Origin: Atribacterota bacterium
GTDB taxonomy: Bacteria > Atribacterota > Phoenicimicrobiia > Phoenicimicrobiales > Stramentimicrobiaceae
Assembly: GCA_040767965.1 (NCBI GenBank)
Contig: JAXGNR010000010.1
Coordinates: 32,001-96,000 of the forward strand
Direction of reading: 5' to 3'
Length of the DNA stretch: 64,000 bases
Below the pieces are notes generated by a model. The model saw only the letters and a list, made by a program, of their open reading frames with translations. It was not told the origin of the DNA and made no database searches. The first letter of the stretch is position 1. The number at the start of each line of letters is the position of its first letter. Shown in pieces: positions 31,195 through 39,770 of the stretch. The position numbers and the translations under genes were made by a program.

Positions 31195-31440
31195 ATAACA
31201 TTCAACTATAGAATAGTCTGATCAATCAGGATAGTCAAACAACTTTCTTTGTGCCAGAATAATACATATGGCCGAAGGAGCATTTGTGGCTTTTGGGGTT
31301 TGTCCAAAGACAACTTGTTTGTCTTAGGTGACTCGATCTGAACTGCCGGATGTTCCTCGGCCTCCTGTATAAGTCTAATGGGAAGATGCCTTTAAAGTGG
31401 CTATTATAGACGCGATAATACAGGAGGCCAGGCCACAAAA
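31195..31440 (+). ncRNA. predicted IS110 bridge RNA; 5' and 3' limits approximate
   Basis: Stem GGCCTCCTGTAT/ATACAGGAGGCC encloses ATGGGAAG (equals right-end sequence) and ATTATAGA (reverse complement of TCTATAAT at the left end). Confidence 0.75.
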
Positions 31441-31455
31441 CAGGAGGAGAAGAAA

Positions 31456-32661
31456 ATGAAAAGACTATCCGGTGGAATCGATATCGGAAGATACACACAT
31501 CATATGATTATTCTGGATGAGAAAGAACAGATCCTATACCAGAGGAGCCTACCCCATCAATTAGGGGAAATAAAGGAAACCATGAAACAGTTGAAATCTT
31601 TACAGAAAAAAGAAAATGCTCAGCTTTCCTTTGCCTTAGAGGGTAAAAACGGTTACAGTAATCCCCTGGACCGGCTGCTTTTATCCGAGGGTTTTACTCT
31701 CTACAATGTGGATAATTACAAACTCAAACGCTTCCGGGAGGCATTTGCCGGAGAGTGGCGGGATGATAACAGAGATGCCCTGATGCTCTCTAAGATGCTA
31801 AACTTAAAAGAACATATTAATGCTAAAAAGGAAAAGGTCTTTATCGAAATAACAAAACCTTCCCTCATTCCTGAAAGCTTGAAACTGTTTTCCCGTCATC
31901 AGCAGCTTTTAATTGATGAAAAGATCAGACTGACCAATCGTCTGGGCAAGAAATTGCTGGAAGTCTGTCCTGAGCTATTAACCTTGGGTAAATTAAAATA
32001 TCAGAAGATCATTGCCATCCTGGCCAAATATCCGGATTTTTCAAGATACTCCAGGATAACCCTCAAATCTCTGTTAAAGATACCGGGAATCGGCAAAAAG
32101 CAGGCACCACACCTATTGGCCGGGTTGCATGAGTTAGCCTATATGCCAGACCTAACTGATATTTACAAAACCATTATCTCCTCCTATAGCAGACGTATCC
32201 TGCAATTACAAAAAGAGATCAAAGAAATTGATACAAAGATGGACGAAATAGGACAACAGGATAATTCAATCAGACATTTAAAGAGCATACCCGGAGTAGC
32301 GACCAAACTGGCCAGCCGCTTTCTTGGAGAAATCGGTGATATCAGCCGTTTCCCCTCAGAGAAGAATTTAGCCATCTACTGTGGTATCGCCTGTGTTAAC
32401 AATGCTTCCGGTAAAACGAATAAGATCAAAGCAGTCTATAAGGCCAACAAGATTGCCAAACAAACCTTGATTATGATGGCCGGCTGCAGTATCCGGGTGA
32501 ATCCTCAGTGTCGGGATTATTATCTCAAAAAACGAACAGAAGGGAAAGCTCATAATCATGCCCTGAGATGTCTGGCCAGGCAGATGATTAAAGTCATTTA
32601 CCGGATGCTAACCGAAGACAGAGATTATCAGATAAAAAGAGAAGCTTTGAAAGTGGCATAA
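31456..32661 (+). CDS. IS110 family DEDD transposase/recombinase
   Basis: GIDIG, ALEG, DNRDA (DEDD); LKSIPGV, EIGDISRF, NASGK serine motif; intact 401 aa. Confidence 0.95.
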   Translation: MKRLSGGIDIGRYTHHMIILDEKEQILYQRSLPHQLGEIKETMKQLKSLQKKENAQLSFALEGKNGYSNPLDRLLLSEGFTLYNVDNYKLKRFREAFAGEWRDDNRDALMLSKMLNLKEHINAKKEKVFIEITKPSLIPESLKLFSRHQQLLIDEKIRLTNRLGKKLLEVCPELLTLGKLKYQKIIAILAKYPDFSRYSRITLKSLLKIPGIGKKQAPHLLAGLHELAYMPDLTDIYKTIISSYSRRILQLQKEIKEIDTKMDEIGQQDNSIRHLKSIPGVATKLASRFLGEIGDISRFPSEKNLAIYCGIACVNNASGKTNKIKAVYKANKIAKQTLIMMAGCSIRVNPQCRDYYLKKRTEGKAHNHALRCLARQMIKVIYRMLTEDRDYQIKREALKVA

Positions 32662-32702
32662 AAAAAGTTTAAAAATTAATTGATTTTTCAGATGGGAAGT
32701 TC

Positions 32703-32760
32703 ATTAGTTCCAACATTTGACATTGTCTTAGTGAAATGTCAAATGTTGAGACCTGACCCC
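32703..32760. repeat. REP-like palindrome interrupted by IS110
   Basis: CAACATTTGACATT (32711-24) / AATGTCAAATGTTG (32735-48); terminal AGACCTGACCCC. Confidence 0.7.
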
Positions 32761-32807
32761 TGAACTGTAATTATCTGCCCGTTAAAAGCAATGGAGGTTA
32801 ATTTCTG

Positions 32808-33449
32808 ATGTTTAAAATTTTAAAAGAAGATATCCAAAATGTATTTGCTAAAGATCCTGCTGCCAAGAGCGTATTAGAAGTTATTCTATGTTATCCAGGC
32901 CTTCATGCTATTTGGCTTCATCGTGTTGCTCACTGGCTCTATAAAGTTAAATTATATACTATTGCCCGAATCATTTCTCATATCAGTCGCTTTTTGACTG
33001 GTATCGAAATACATCCTGGTGCCAGAATAGGGAGAAGATTTTTTATTGATCATGGTATGGGGGTTGTGATTGGAGAAACAACTGAAATTGGGGATGATGT
33101 TCTTCTATATCAGGGAGTTGTCTTAGGCGGGAAAAGTATGGAAAAAAAGAAACGCCACCCAACTTTGGGTAATAATGTAATAATCGGTGCTGGAGCAATC
33201 ATTCTCGGTGCCTTAAACATTGGAGATTATGCAAAGGTAGGTGCCGGGACAATTGTTGTAAAAGATGTTCCCTCTCATTCAACTGTTATGGGAATTCCAG
33301 GGAAGAACAGTAAAGATTTTAATACAGGGAAAACTGACACAGAAAATCCTGATAAATTATCTATACCTGTATCAAAATTAATTCTCTGGCCTCTGGAAGA
33401 ACAGGGGAAAAGTGAAAATAAGCATAGTAATTGTAATATAAAAAAATGA
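32808..33449 (+). CDS. cysE: serine O-acetyltransferase
   Basis: [35 protein letters not shown]. Confidence 0.93.
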   Translation: MFKILKEDIQNVFAKDPAAKSVLEVILCYPGLHAIWLHRVAHWLYKVKLYTIARIISHISRFLTGIEIHPGARIGRRFFIDHGMGVVIGETTEIGDDVLLYQGVVLGGKSMEKKKRHPTLGNNVIIGAGAIILGALNIGDYAKVGAGTIVVKDVPSHSTVMGIPGKNSKDFNTGKTDTENPDKLSIPVSKLILWPLEEQGKSENKHSNCNIKK

Positions 33450-33457
33450 TATTTAAC

Positions 33458-33919
33458 TTACAAAAATAATAACCAGGATGTTAAAATGCTAAACAGTAAA
33501 CTATATATAATCATTTCATAGTAGAGTTTCCAGAATAAATTCTTTTTCTGATACCGGCTCTTCATGTAGACTAACCCCTCAATATTATTAGGGAACGGGA
33601 CGGCACTGGAAAAATCTGTATAAATAAACATTAAACTACTGAAAAAAATAAATCTAAAAATAAAAGATATATTTCCCAACAATCCTAGAATAGGGTAGAG
33701 GGCAAAAGACATAAGCAGACCTCGAAGCAGCTGTGCTGGCATGAACCATTTTGTTACATGTTTTCTGTCAGTTTCATCAGACATATCTCTTATAAAATCA
33801 AGCAGTCGTTCCTTTTCTTCATAAAGATCCTTGCTAATCTTCAATGCCAGCATACCTGCAATAGTATAAGCAATTGTGTGAATAATTGTAAATCCGAGGC
33901 TAAAAAACAAATATCTCAT
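33458..33919 (-). CDS. hypothetical membrane protein
   Basis: About four hydrophobic helices. Confidence 0.7.
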   Translation of the reverse strand: MRYLFFSLGFTIIHTIAYTIAGMLALKISKDLYEEKERLLDFIRDMSDETDRKHVTKWFMPAQLLRGLLMSFALYPILGLLGNISFIFRFIFFSSLMFIYTDFSSAVPFPNNIEGLVYMKSRYQKKNLFWKLYYEMIIYSLLFSILTSWLLFL

Positions 33920-33985
33920 CTGGTTCCCCCGGTTCTATTCTTTGATTTGTATTTCTTTTCCGAATCATAATAAATATCTTTGAAA

Positions 33986-34897
33986 TCAATGAATATTTTT
34001 TGACATTATTTTTTCATTAGAAAAGTAATAATCATAGATAAAAAGAACTAGATTAATCATTAAAAGAGCTGCAAAACCGGATAATCCTGTTATTCCTGTT
34101 GTTAAATCGTTTCCCCCTTTTAAGACCATTAAAGGTAAACCAATAGAAGCGTTAAGGGAACCATGAATAATTGCTGCTGCAAGAACTGATTTTGCCTTTA
34201 AACGCACATAACTGAAAATAGGAGAAAGGAGCAAGGTAAACATAATCATCATCAAAACACCAAATTGAGGATTTTCCGGGTAGTTGTGCCCTTGTAGGAT
34301 AAGTGGTGCATGCCAAATACCCCAAACAAACCCTATTAACAGGGATGATTTCCAAAAGCCCAGATAGTTTAACTCTTTTTGTAAGAACCCTCTCCAGCCC
34401 AGTTCTTCACCAAAACCGGCAACAGCATTGATAGTCACTCCGGCAAGCAGCGCTTGAAATATTCCAATCCAGAAAGGATGAGCTGGAAAATTTTCTGCTT
34501 GTTGTTTTATCAGTGCCAGCTGTTCAGGACTTAAGGATGATTCAAGTCGGGCAAAAAATCCTCCCAAATCCGGGGAAAATTCCACACCTGGCAACATTAT
34601 ATTAATTCCTAGAGTTAAAAAAGTAAGCAAAATAGGTAAAATCCATGCTATTATAAACCAGCGATTTATCCTGAAGGAAACATCTAATGATTTTTTTATA
34701 TCTTCTTTATAGATTACTTTTTGTAAAAGAATAGTTACAGTCAAAGGAATAAACATATAAGCGGTACTTATAATTAGAGAGCCAGGCATAACCCATTGAC
34801 CACCAAAAATAAAATACATTATTATCAGAATCCAGCTAAGAAAAAAGGTAAGAATTATAAATAAAAAAGCTTTATTAAAAAAAATATCGCTTTGCAT
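33986..34897 (-). CDS. CPBP/CAAX intramembrane protease
   Basis: GEELGWRG, WGIWH, HGSLN. Confidence 0.9.
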   Translation of the reverse strand: MQSDIFFNKAFLFIILTFFLSWILIIMYFIFGGQWVMPGSLIISTAYMFIPLTVTILLQKVIYKEDIKKSLDVSFRINRWFIIAWILPILLTFLTLGINIMLPGVEFSPDLGGFFARLESSLSPEQLALIKQQAENFPAHPFWIGIFQALLAGVTINAVAGFGEELGWRGFLQKELNYLGFWKSSLLIGFVWGIWHAPLILQGHNYPENPQFGVLMMIMFTLLLSPIFSYVRLKAKSVLAAAIIHGSLNASIGLPLMVLKGGNDLTTGITGLSGFAALLMINLVLFIYDYYFSNEKIMSKNIH

Positions 34898-35130
34898 ACA
34901 AAAACCCTTTTTAAATATTTCTAATAATTATAATAAAGGTTTGTCAATGTATCAAATTATGCACCGAATAGTTATTGGAATAAATACCATGCTATTAATT
35001 TAAAACGTAATAAATTTTAAACAACTTTCCTTGCTTTCTATAAACATATCAGAATATAATAAAATCACGATACACGCCTTTTAACTAAAAAAATATATTT
35101 TATTAAAATTAGTAAAAAGGAGATTATGTT

Positions 35131-36327
35131 ATGAATTTAGATTACTTTAAACCTCTGGAAAAATGCCACTTTTTTTCAGCCCCCAAAAGGATCATGTTCG
35201 GTACTGGTGTAGCCAAAAATGTTGGTGGAGAATTAGAATCTTTTCAGCAAAAAAAATTATTAGTAATAACTGACAATAAAATTGCTGAAACAGATTCAGT
35301 TAAGAGCCTAATAAATTCTCTAAGCGCATGCGATTATAAAACAAAAATATTTCTAAGTGAAACAAAAGAACCTACTGCAGAAATGATAACTGAATTTATT
35401 AAGTTTTGCCGAGCAGAGAAAGAAGGTATTGTCATTGGAATTGGCGGAGGAAGTATCATGGATCAAGCCAAGGTAGCTTCTTTTATGACCTTATGTGAAG
35501 GAGAAGTTGATGACTATTTAGGGACAAACAAAGCAATTAAGAGTAGGCTTCCACTGGTATTAATACCTACCACTGCAGGGACCGGTGCAGAAACAAGCCC
35601 AAATGCCGTTATAAAAAAACAGACAAAAAAATATACAATAAGCAGTACTACCATTTTACCAGATCTGGCTGTTGTTGATCCCTTACTAACTCTTTCTTTG
35701 CCAAAAAAACCAACTGCATTTACTGGAATTGATGCCTTGAGTCATGCCGTAGAAGCTATTATATCTTTAAATTCCAATCCTTTAACAATGGCTACTTCTT
35801 TAGAGGCAATTTCTCTAATTGATAAGAATTTGCCACTGGCGTTTTTTAGCGGGTACAATATTGAAGCGAGATACAATATGAGTCTTGCAGCCACATTAGG
35901 TGGATTATCTTTAAATAGTGGAGCAACCTTAGCTCACTCTATCAGCTATACCTTAGAAAAGTTTGGCGTACCTCATGGCCTGGGATGTGCTATCGGTTTG
36001 CCGCAGGTAATCAGATTTAATGTACCGGTAATGAAGGAAAAAATTAAAAGAATAGCAGTTGCTCTGGGATTTGATGAGCTGAATTATAGCAGCTATGCAG
36101 AAATAGCTTCTTATGTAGTTAATAGAGTGAATGATTTAAATGCCATGCTTGATATCCCTTTAACCTTAAAATCCATGTCTATTACAATTGAAAAATCAAA
36201 AGAATTAGCCCAGGAATGTTTTCAGAAATATCCCAGACCAAATAATCCAAGATTATATTCCGAAGATGATATAATCAAACTCTATGCTGATTTATGGGAA
36301 GGAAAATTAGAAATAGAGAATATTTAA
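35131..36327 (+). CDS. iron-containing alcohol dehydrogenase
   Basis: GIGGGSIMD, PTTAGTGAE, DALSHAVE, LAHS, VPHG. Confidence 0.9.
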   Translation: MNLDYFKPLEKCHFFSAPKRIMFGTGVAKNVGGELESFQQKKLLVITDNKIAETDSVKSLINSLSACDYKTKIFLSETKEPTAEMITEFIKFCRAEKEGIVIGIGGGSIMDQAKVASFMTLCEGEVDDYLGTNKAIKSRLPLVLIPTTAGTGAETSPNAVIKKQTKKYTISSTTILPDLAVVDPLLTLSLPKKPTAFTGIDALSHAVEAIISLNSNPLTMATSLEAISLIDKNLPLAFFSGYNIEARYNMSLAATLGGLSLNSGATLAHSISYTLEKFGVPHGLGCAIGLPQVIRFNVPVMKEKIKRIAVALGFDELNYSSYAEIASYVVNRVNDLNAMLDIPLTLKSMSITIEKSKELAQECFQKYPRPNNPRLYSEDDIIKLYADLWEGKLEIENI

Positions 36328-36493
36328 TATCAATTTGTTATAAAATTAGAACACTGGATTATTGCCATAAATATTGATAATATATAAAAATATATTGCAT
36401 ATTTGAATTAAGGAAGAGTAAATTTGTTGAAATAAGGTACCGACAGAGAGTATTTAAGGAACCTGAATAAAATATAGATGTTCGAGGTATTGT

Positions 36494-37663
36494 ATGAAAT
36501 TTAAAGGATATAAAAGAGCTGATGGCAGAATCGGTGTGAGGAATTATCTAGCTGTTATTCCTTCAGTGTTTTGTGCTAATCATGTAGCTCGCAAGATAGC
36601 AGAGAATGTTAAAGATGCTGTTTGTTTAACGCATCAGGTAGGTTGCAGCCAGGTAGGAGAAGATTTAGAGCAAACCGCTAGAACTTTAGTTAACATAGCT
36701 ACTCATCCTAATATAGGAGGAGTGTTGATAGTTGGTTTGGGATGTGAAAGATTTTCCGCTCAGGAATTTTATGAAAAAGTTAAAGAAACCAAAAAACCAG
36801 TGCAGAAAGTTTTAATACAAGATGAGGGAGATTCTTTAAATGCTATAAGCAAAGGAACTACCCTGCTGTTAGATCTCTACAATCAGATTATCAACTCTGA
36901 AAAAGAGGAGTTTGATATTGCTGAACTTATTGTTGGTATTGAATGTGGTGGAAGTGATGCTTTTTCAGGCATTGCTGCCAATCCGTCAGTGGGAGCTTTT
37001 TCAGATAAATTAATATCCCAGGGAGGTACTGTTATTTTCAGCGAGGTTACTGAATTACTGGGGGCAGAAAACATTTTAAAAAAACGTTGTTTTAATGAAG
37101 AAGTGGAAAAACTATTATTGGAAACTATCAAAAAAACAGAAACATCATTAAAAAAGGCAACTGCTGATTTATCCTATCAGAATCGTACTGATTTGATATC
37201 AAAGGGTAATTACGACGGAGGAATTAGCACGGTAGCAGAAAAAGCATTAGGCAACATTGAAAAAGCAGGTAAATCTCCCATAAATGGTGTTTTAAAATTT
37301 GCAGAAAAAGTAAATAAAAAAGGTTTGTTTTTAATGGATACACCAGGTCATGATGCAGAATCCACAACAGGTTTAGTTGCGGGAGGAGCGCAAATTGTTT
37401 TGTTTACCACCGGCAGAGGTACTCCAACCGGTTTTCCTGTTGTACCAGTGGTGAAAATAACCGGGAACTCAGATACTTATAACAGGATGAGAAGTAATAT
37501 CGATATTAATACTGGTGAGGTTATCGAGGGGAAAAGAACAATAATTGAGATGGGAGAAGAGATTTTTAATTTTGTATTAAAAACTGCTTCCGGAGAACAA
37601 ACAAAAGCGGAAATATTTGGAAATGATGAACTTTTTTCAGTTGCGAGGGTTTTGTACAGCTGA
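36494..37663 (+). CDS. UxaA/GarD/SuyB-family dehydratase, large subunit
   Basis: GVRNY, GLGCE, ECGGSD, EKALG, FTTGRGTP; no N-terminal SAF domain. Confidence 0.9.
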   Translation: MKFKGYKRADGRIGVRNYLAVIPSVFCANHVARKIAENVKDAVCLTHQVGCSQVGEDLEQTARTLVNIATHPNIGGVLIVGLGCERFSAQEFYEKVKETKKPVQKVLIQDEGDSLNAISKGTTLLLDLYNQIINSEKEEFDIAELIVGIECGGSDAFSGIAANPSVGAFSDKLISQGGTVIFSEVTELLGAENILKKRCFNEEVEKLLLETIKKTETSLKKATADLSYQNRTDLISKGNYDGGISTVAEKALGNIEKAGKSPINGVLKFAEKVNKKGLFLMDTPGHDAESTTGLVAGGAQIVLFTTGRGTPTGFPVVPVVKITGNSDTYNRMRSNIDINTGEVIEGKRTIIEMGEEIFNFVLKTASGEQTKAEIFGNDELFSVARVLYS

Positions 37664-37731
37664 TTAAAAATAAAATTAAAATCAATCAAAAGAATGTTGA
37701 TATATTAAAAAAAATTCTGGAGGAAAAAATA

Positions 37732-38514
37732 ATGAAGATAGTAAGATATCAGAAAAATAAGGAAACTTATTATGGAATTTTAGAAGGCAATAAGATTAAT
37801 CGAATTGAAGGTAATGTATTTCAAAGCATCAATCCAACAGGCATTATGGATGACAGAAGTGAAGTAAAATTGCTTGCACCTGTAAAACCATTTGATATTA
37901 TTGCTATTGGGCTAAATTACAAAAAGCATGCTCAAGAATCAGGAGAAACCTTCCCTGAAAGGCCATTGATATTTATCAAAGCTAACTCCAGCCTTATTGG
38001 CCCGGAGGATAATATTGAAATCCCTGAAATGGCTCCCAATGAAGTCGATTATGAAGCAGAATTTGCAATTGTTATAGGGAAAGAGGCTAAAAATATTGCA
38101 ATAGAAGATGTGCCAGAATATGTTTTAGGATATACATGCGGAAATGACGTTTCAGCACGGGATTGCCAACTACGTATTGATAAACAATGGGCAAGAGGAA
38201 AATCTTTTGACACTTTCTGTCCATTAGGTCCCTGGATTGAAACAGAACTTGCAGACCCTGATAACTGTAGAATAAAATCTATCTTAAATGGCAAAGTTAT
38301 GCAGGACTCTAATACAGCAGACCTTATTTTTGGAACAAAAGAATTAGTTAGTTATTGTTCAAAAAACTTTACTTTGCATCCAGGAACAGTTATTATGACT
38401 GGTACTCCAGGAGGCGTTGGCTTTGCCCGTAATCCACAGGTATTTTTAAAACCAGGTGATGTTATTGAAATTGAGATAGAAGGCATTGGTAAGTTATCAA
38501 ATAAGGTAATATAA
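37732..38514 (+). CDS. fumarylacetoacetate hydrolase family protein
   Basis: IGLNY, DYEAE, NDVSARD, GKSFDTF, MTGTP. Confidence 0.92.
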   Translation: MKIVRYQKNKETYYGILEGNKINRIEGNVFQSINPTGIMDDRSEVKLLAPVKPFDIIAIGLNYKKHAQESGETFPERPLIFIKANSSLIGPEDNIEIPEMAPNEVDYEAEFAIVIGKEAKNIAIEDVPEYVLGYTCGNDVSARDCQLRIDKQWARGKSFDTFCPLGPWIETELADPDNCRIKSILNGKVMQDSNTADLIFGTKELVSYCSKNFTLHPGTVIMTGTPGGVGFARNPQVFLKPGDVIEIEIEGIGKLSNKVI

Positions 38515-38606
38515 AAATATTAAAGATTTCTTGATCAGAAAAATTTTAAAAAGTTGGCTCCAAAAATTAATTAATTATATTGCAGCAAAGGTTCAAGTAA
38601 AAAGAA

Positions 38607-39770
38607 ATGAAATCAATATCAGGATATAAGAGAAAAAACGGTAAATTTGGCGTAAGAAACCATTTGCTAATTTTACCAACCTCAGTTTGTGCAAGTGAAA
38701 CAGCCGTAAAAATTAGTCAACTTGTTCCAGGAAGTGTTCCTTTGCCACACCAGCATGGCTGTTGCCATGTTGGTGTGGATTATGAACAAGTTCTAAGAAC
38801 CTTGATTGGTTTTGGCAAAAATCCCAATGTCGGTGCAGTCCTTATTATAGCTTTGGGTTGTGAAGGGATTAGTCCTGATATTGTGAAAAATGAAATTGAG
38901 AAATCATTAAAACCTGTTGAACAGCTAGTTATTCAGGAGCAGGGCGATACCTTAAAGACAATTGACGCAGGTGTGAAAATTGCTCAAAAGATGATGCTGG
39001 AAATATCCACCCAGAAAAAAGAAATATTCCCAATAGAAAACCTGATCCTTGCCTTAGAATGTGGTGGTTCTGACCCTACCTCAGGTATTGCTGCTAATCC
39101 TGCAGTAGGTGTGACTTCTGATTTACTTTTAACCGATGGAGGTAGAACTATCCTGTCGGAAACTACTGAATTGATCGGTGCTGAACATGTACTGATTAAA
39201 AAAGCTGCCAATAAACGAATATCCCAGAGAATACTTTCAATGGTGGAGACTGTGGAAAAAAGGGCGAAAGAGATGCATGTGGATTTAAGAGGAACTCAAC
39301 CTACCCCTGGCAATATTGCTGGTGGATTAACCACTATTGAAGAAAAATCCTTAGGATGTATCCATAAAGCAGGCAACAGCCCTATTATTGGTATACTAGA
39401 ATATGCAGAAGAAATTCCAGACAAAAAAGGGCTTTATTTTATGGATACTCCCGGTCAGGACATTGAATCAATTACCGGAATGCTTGCTGGGGGAGCACAG
39501 ATTGTAATTTTTACAACCGGCAGAGGAACACCAACCGGATCTCCAATTGCCCCGGTTATTAAAGTTACCGGTAATAGCATGACTTATCAGAAGATGATTG
39601 CTAATATAGATATTAATGCTGGTGGAATAATAGATGAAAATAAAACAATCACTGAAACAGGTACGCAGATATACGCAAAAATGATTGATGTCTGTAATGG
39701 TGAACTAACCAAAGCAGAATTGCTAGGGCATAAAGAATTCGGAATCTATCGAATTGGCTACACTTTCTGA
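38607..39770 (+). CDS. UxaA/GarD/SuyB-family dehydratase, large subunit, paralog
   Basis: GVRNH, LGCE, ECGGSD, PGNIAGGLTTIEEKSLG, FTTGRGTP. Confidence 0.9.
   Translation: MKSISGYKRKNGKFGVRNHLLILPTSVCASETAVKISQLVPGSVPLPHQHGCCHVGVDYEQVLRTLIGFGKNPNVGAVLIIALGCEGISPDIVKNEIEKSLKPVEQLVIQEQGDTLKTIDAGVKIAQKMMLEISTQKKEIFPIENLILALECGGSDPTSGIAANPAVGVTSDLLLTDGGRTILSETTELIGAEHVLIKKAANKRISQRILSMVETVEKRAKEMHVDLRGTQPTPGNIAGGLTTIEEKSLGCIHKAGNSPIIGILEYAEEIPDKKGLYFMDTPGQDIESITGMLAGGAQIVIFTTGRGTPTGSPIAPVIKVTGNSMTYQKMIANIDINAGGIIDENKTITETGTQIYAKMIDVCNGELTKAELLGHKEFGIYRIGYTF

Larger units (their letters stand above)
31181..32702 (+). mobile_element. IS110-family insertion sequence, TC core at both ends
   Basis: Transposase; 273-bp non-coding left end; TC at 31181-82 and 32701-02; junction promoter and guide matches agree on these ends. 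Confidence 0.85.

Noticed and set aside
31235-31498. Minus-strand 87-aa ORF in the IS110 left end
   Set aside because: No RBS or protein features; the region is better explained as structured RNA
32703-32710. Alternative IS110 right end at 32710, giving target GGTCT^CAACA
   Set aside because: It extends the palindrome neatly, but the 17-bp promoter spacing and the ATGGGAAG guide match both favour 32702
39723-39770. 48-bp convergent gene overlap as a regulatory feature
   Set aside because: Most simply a stop-codon drift extension
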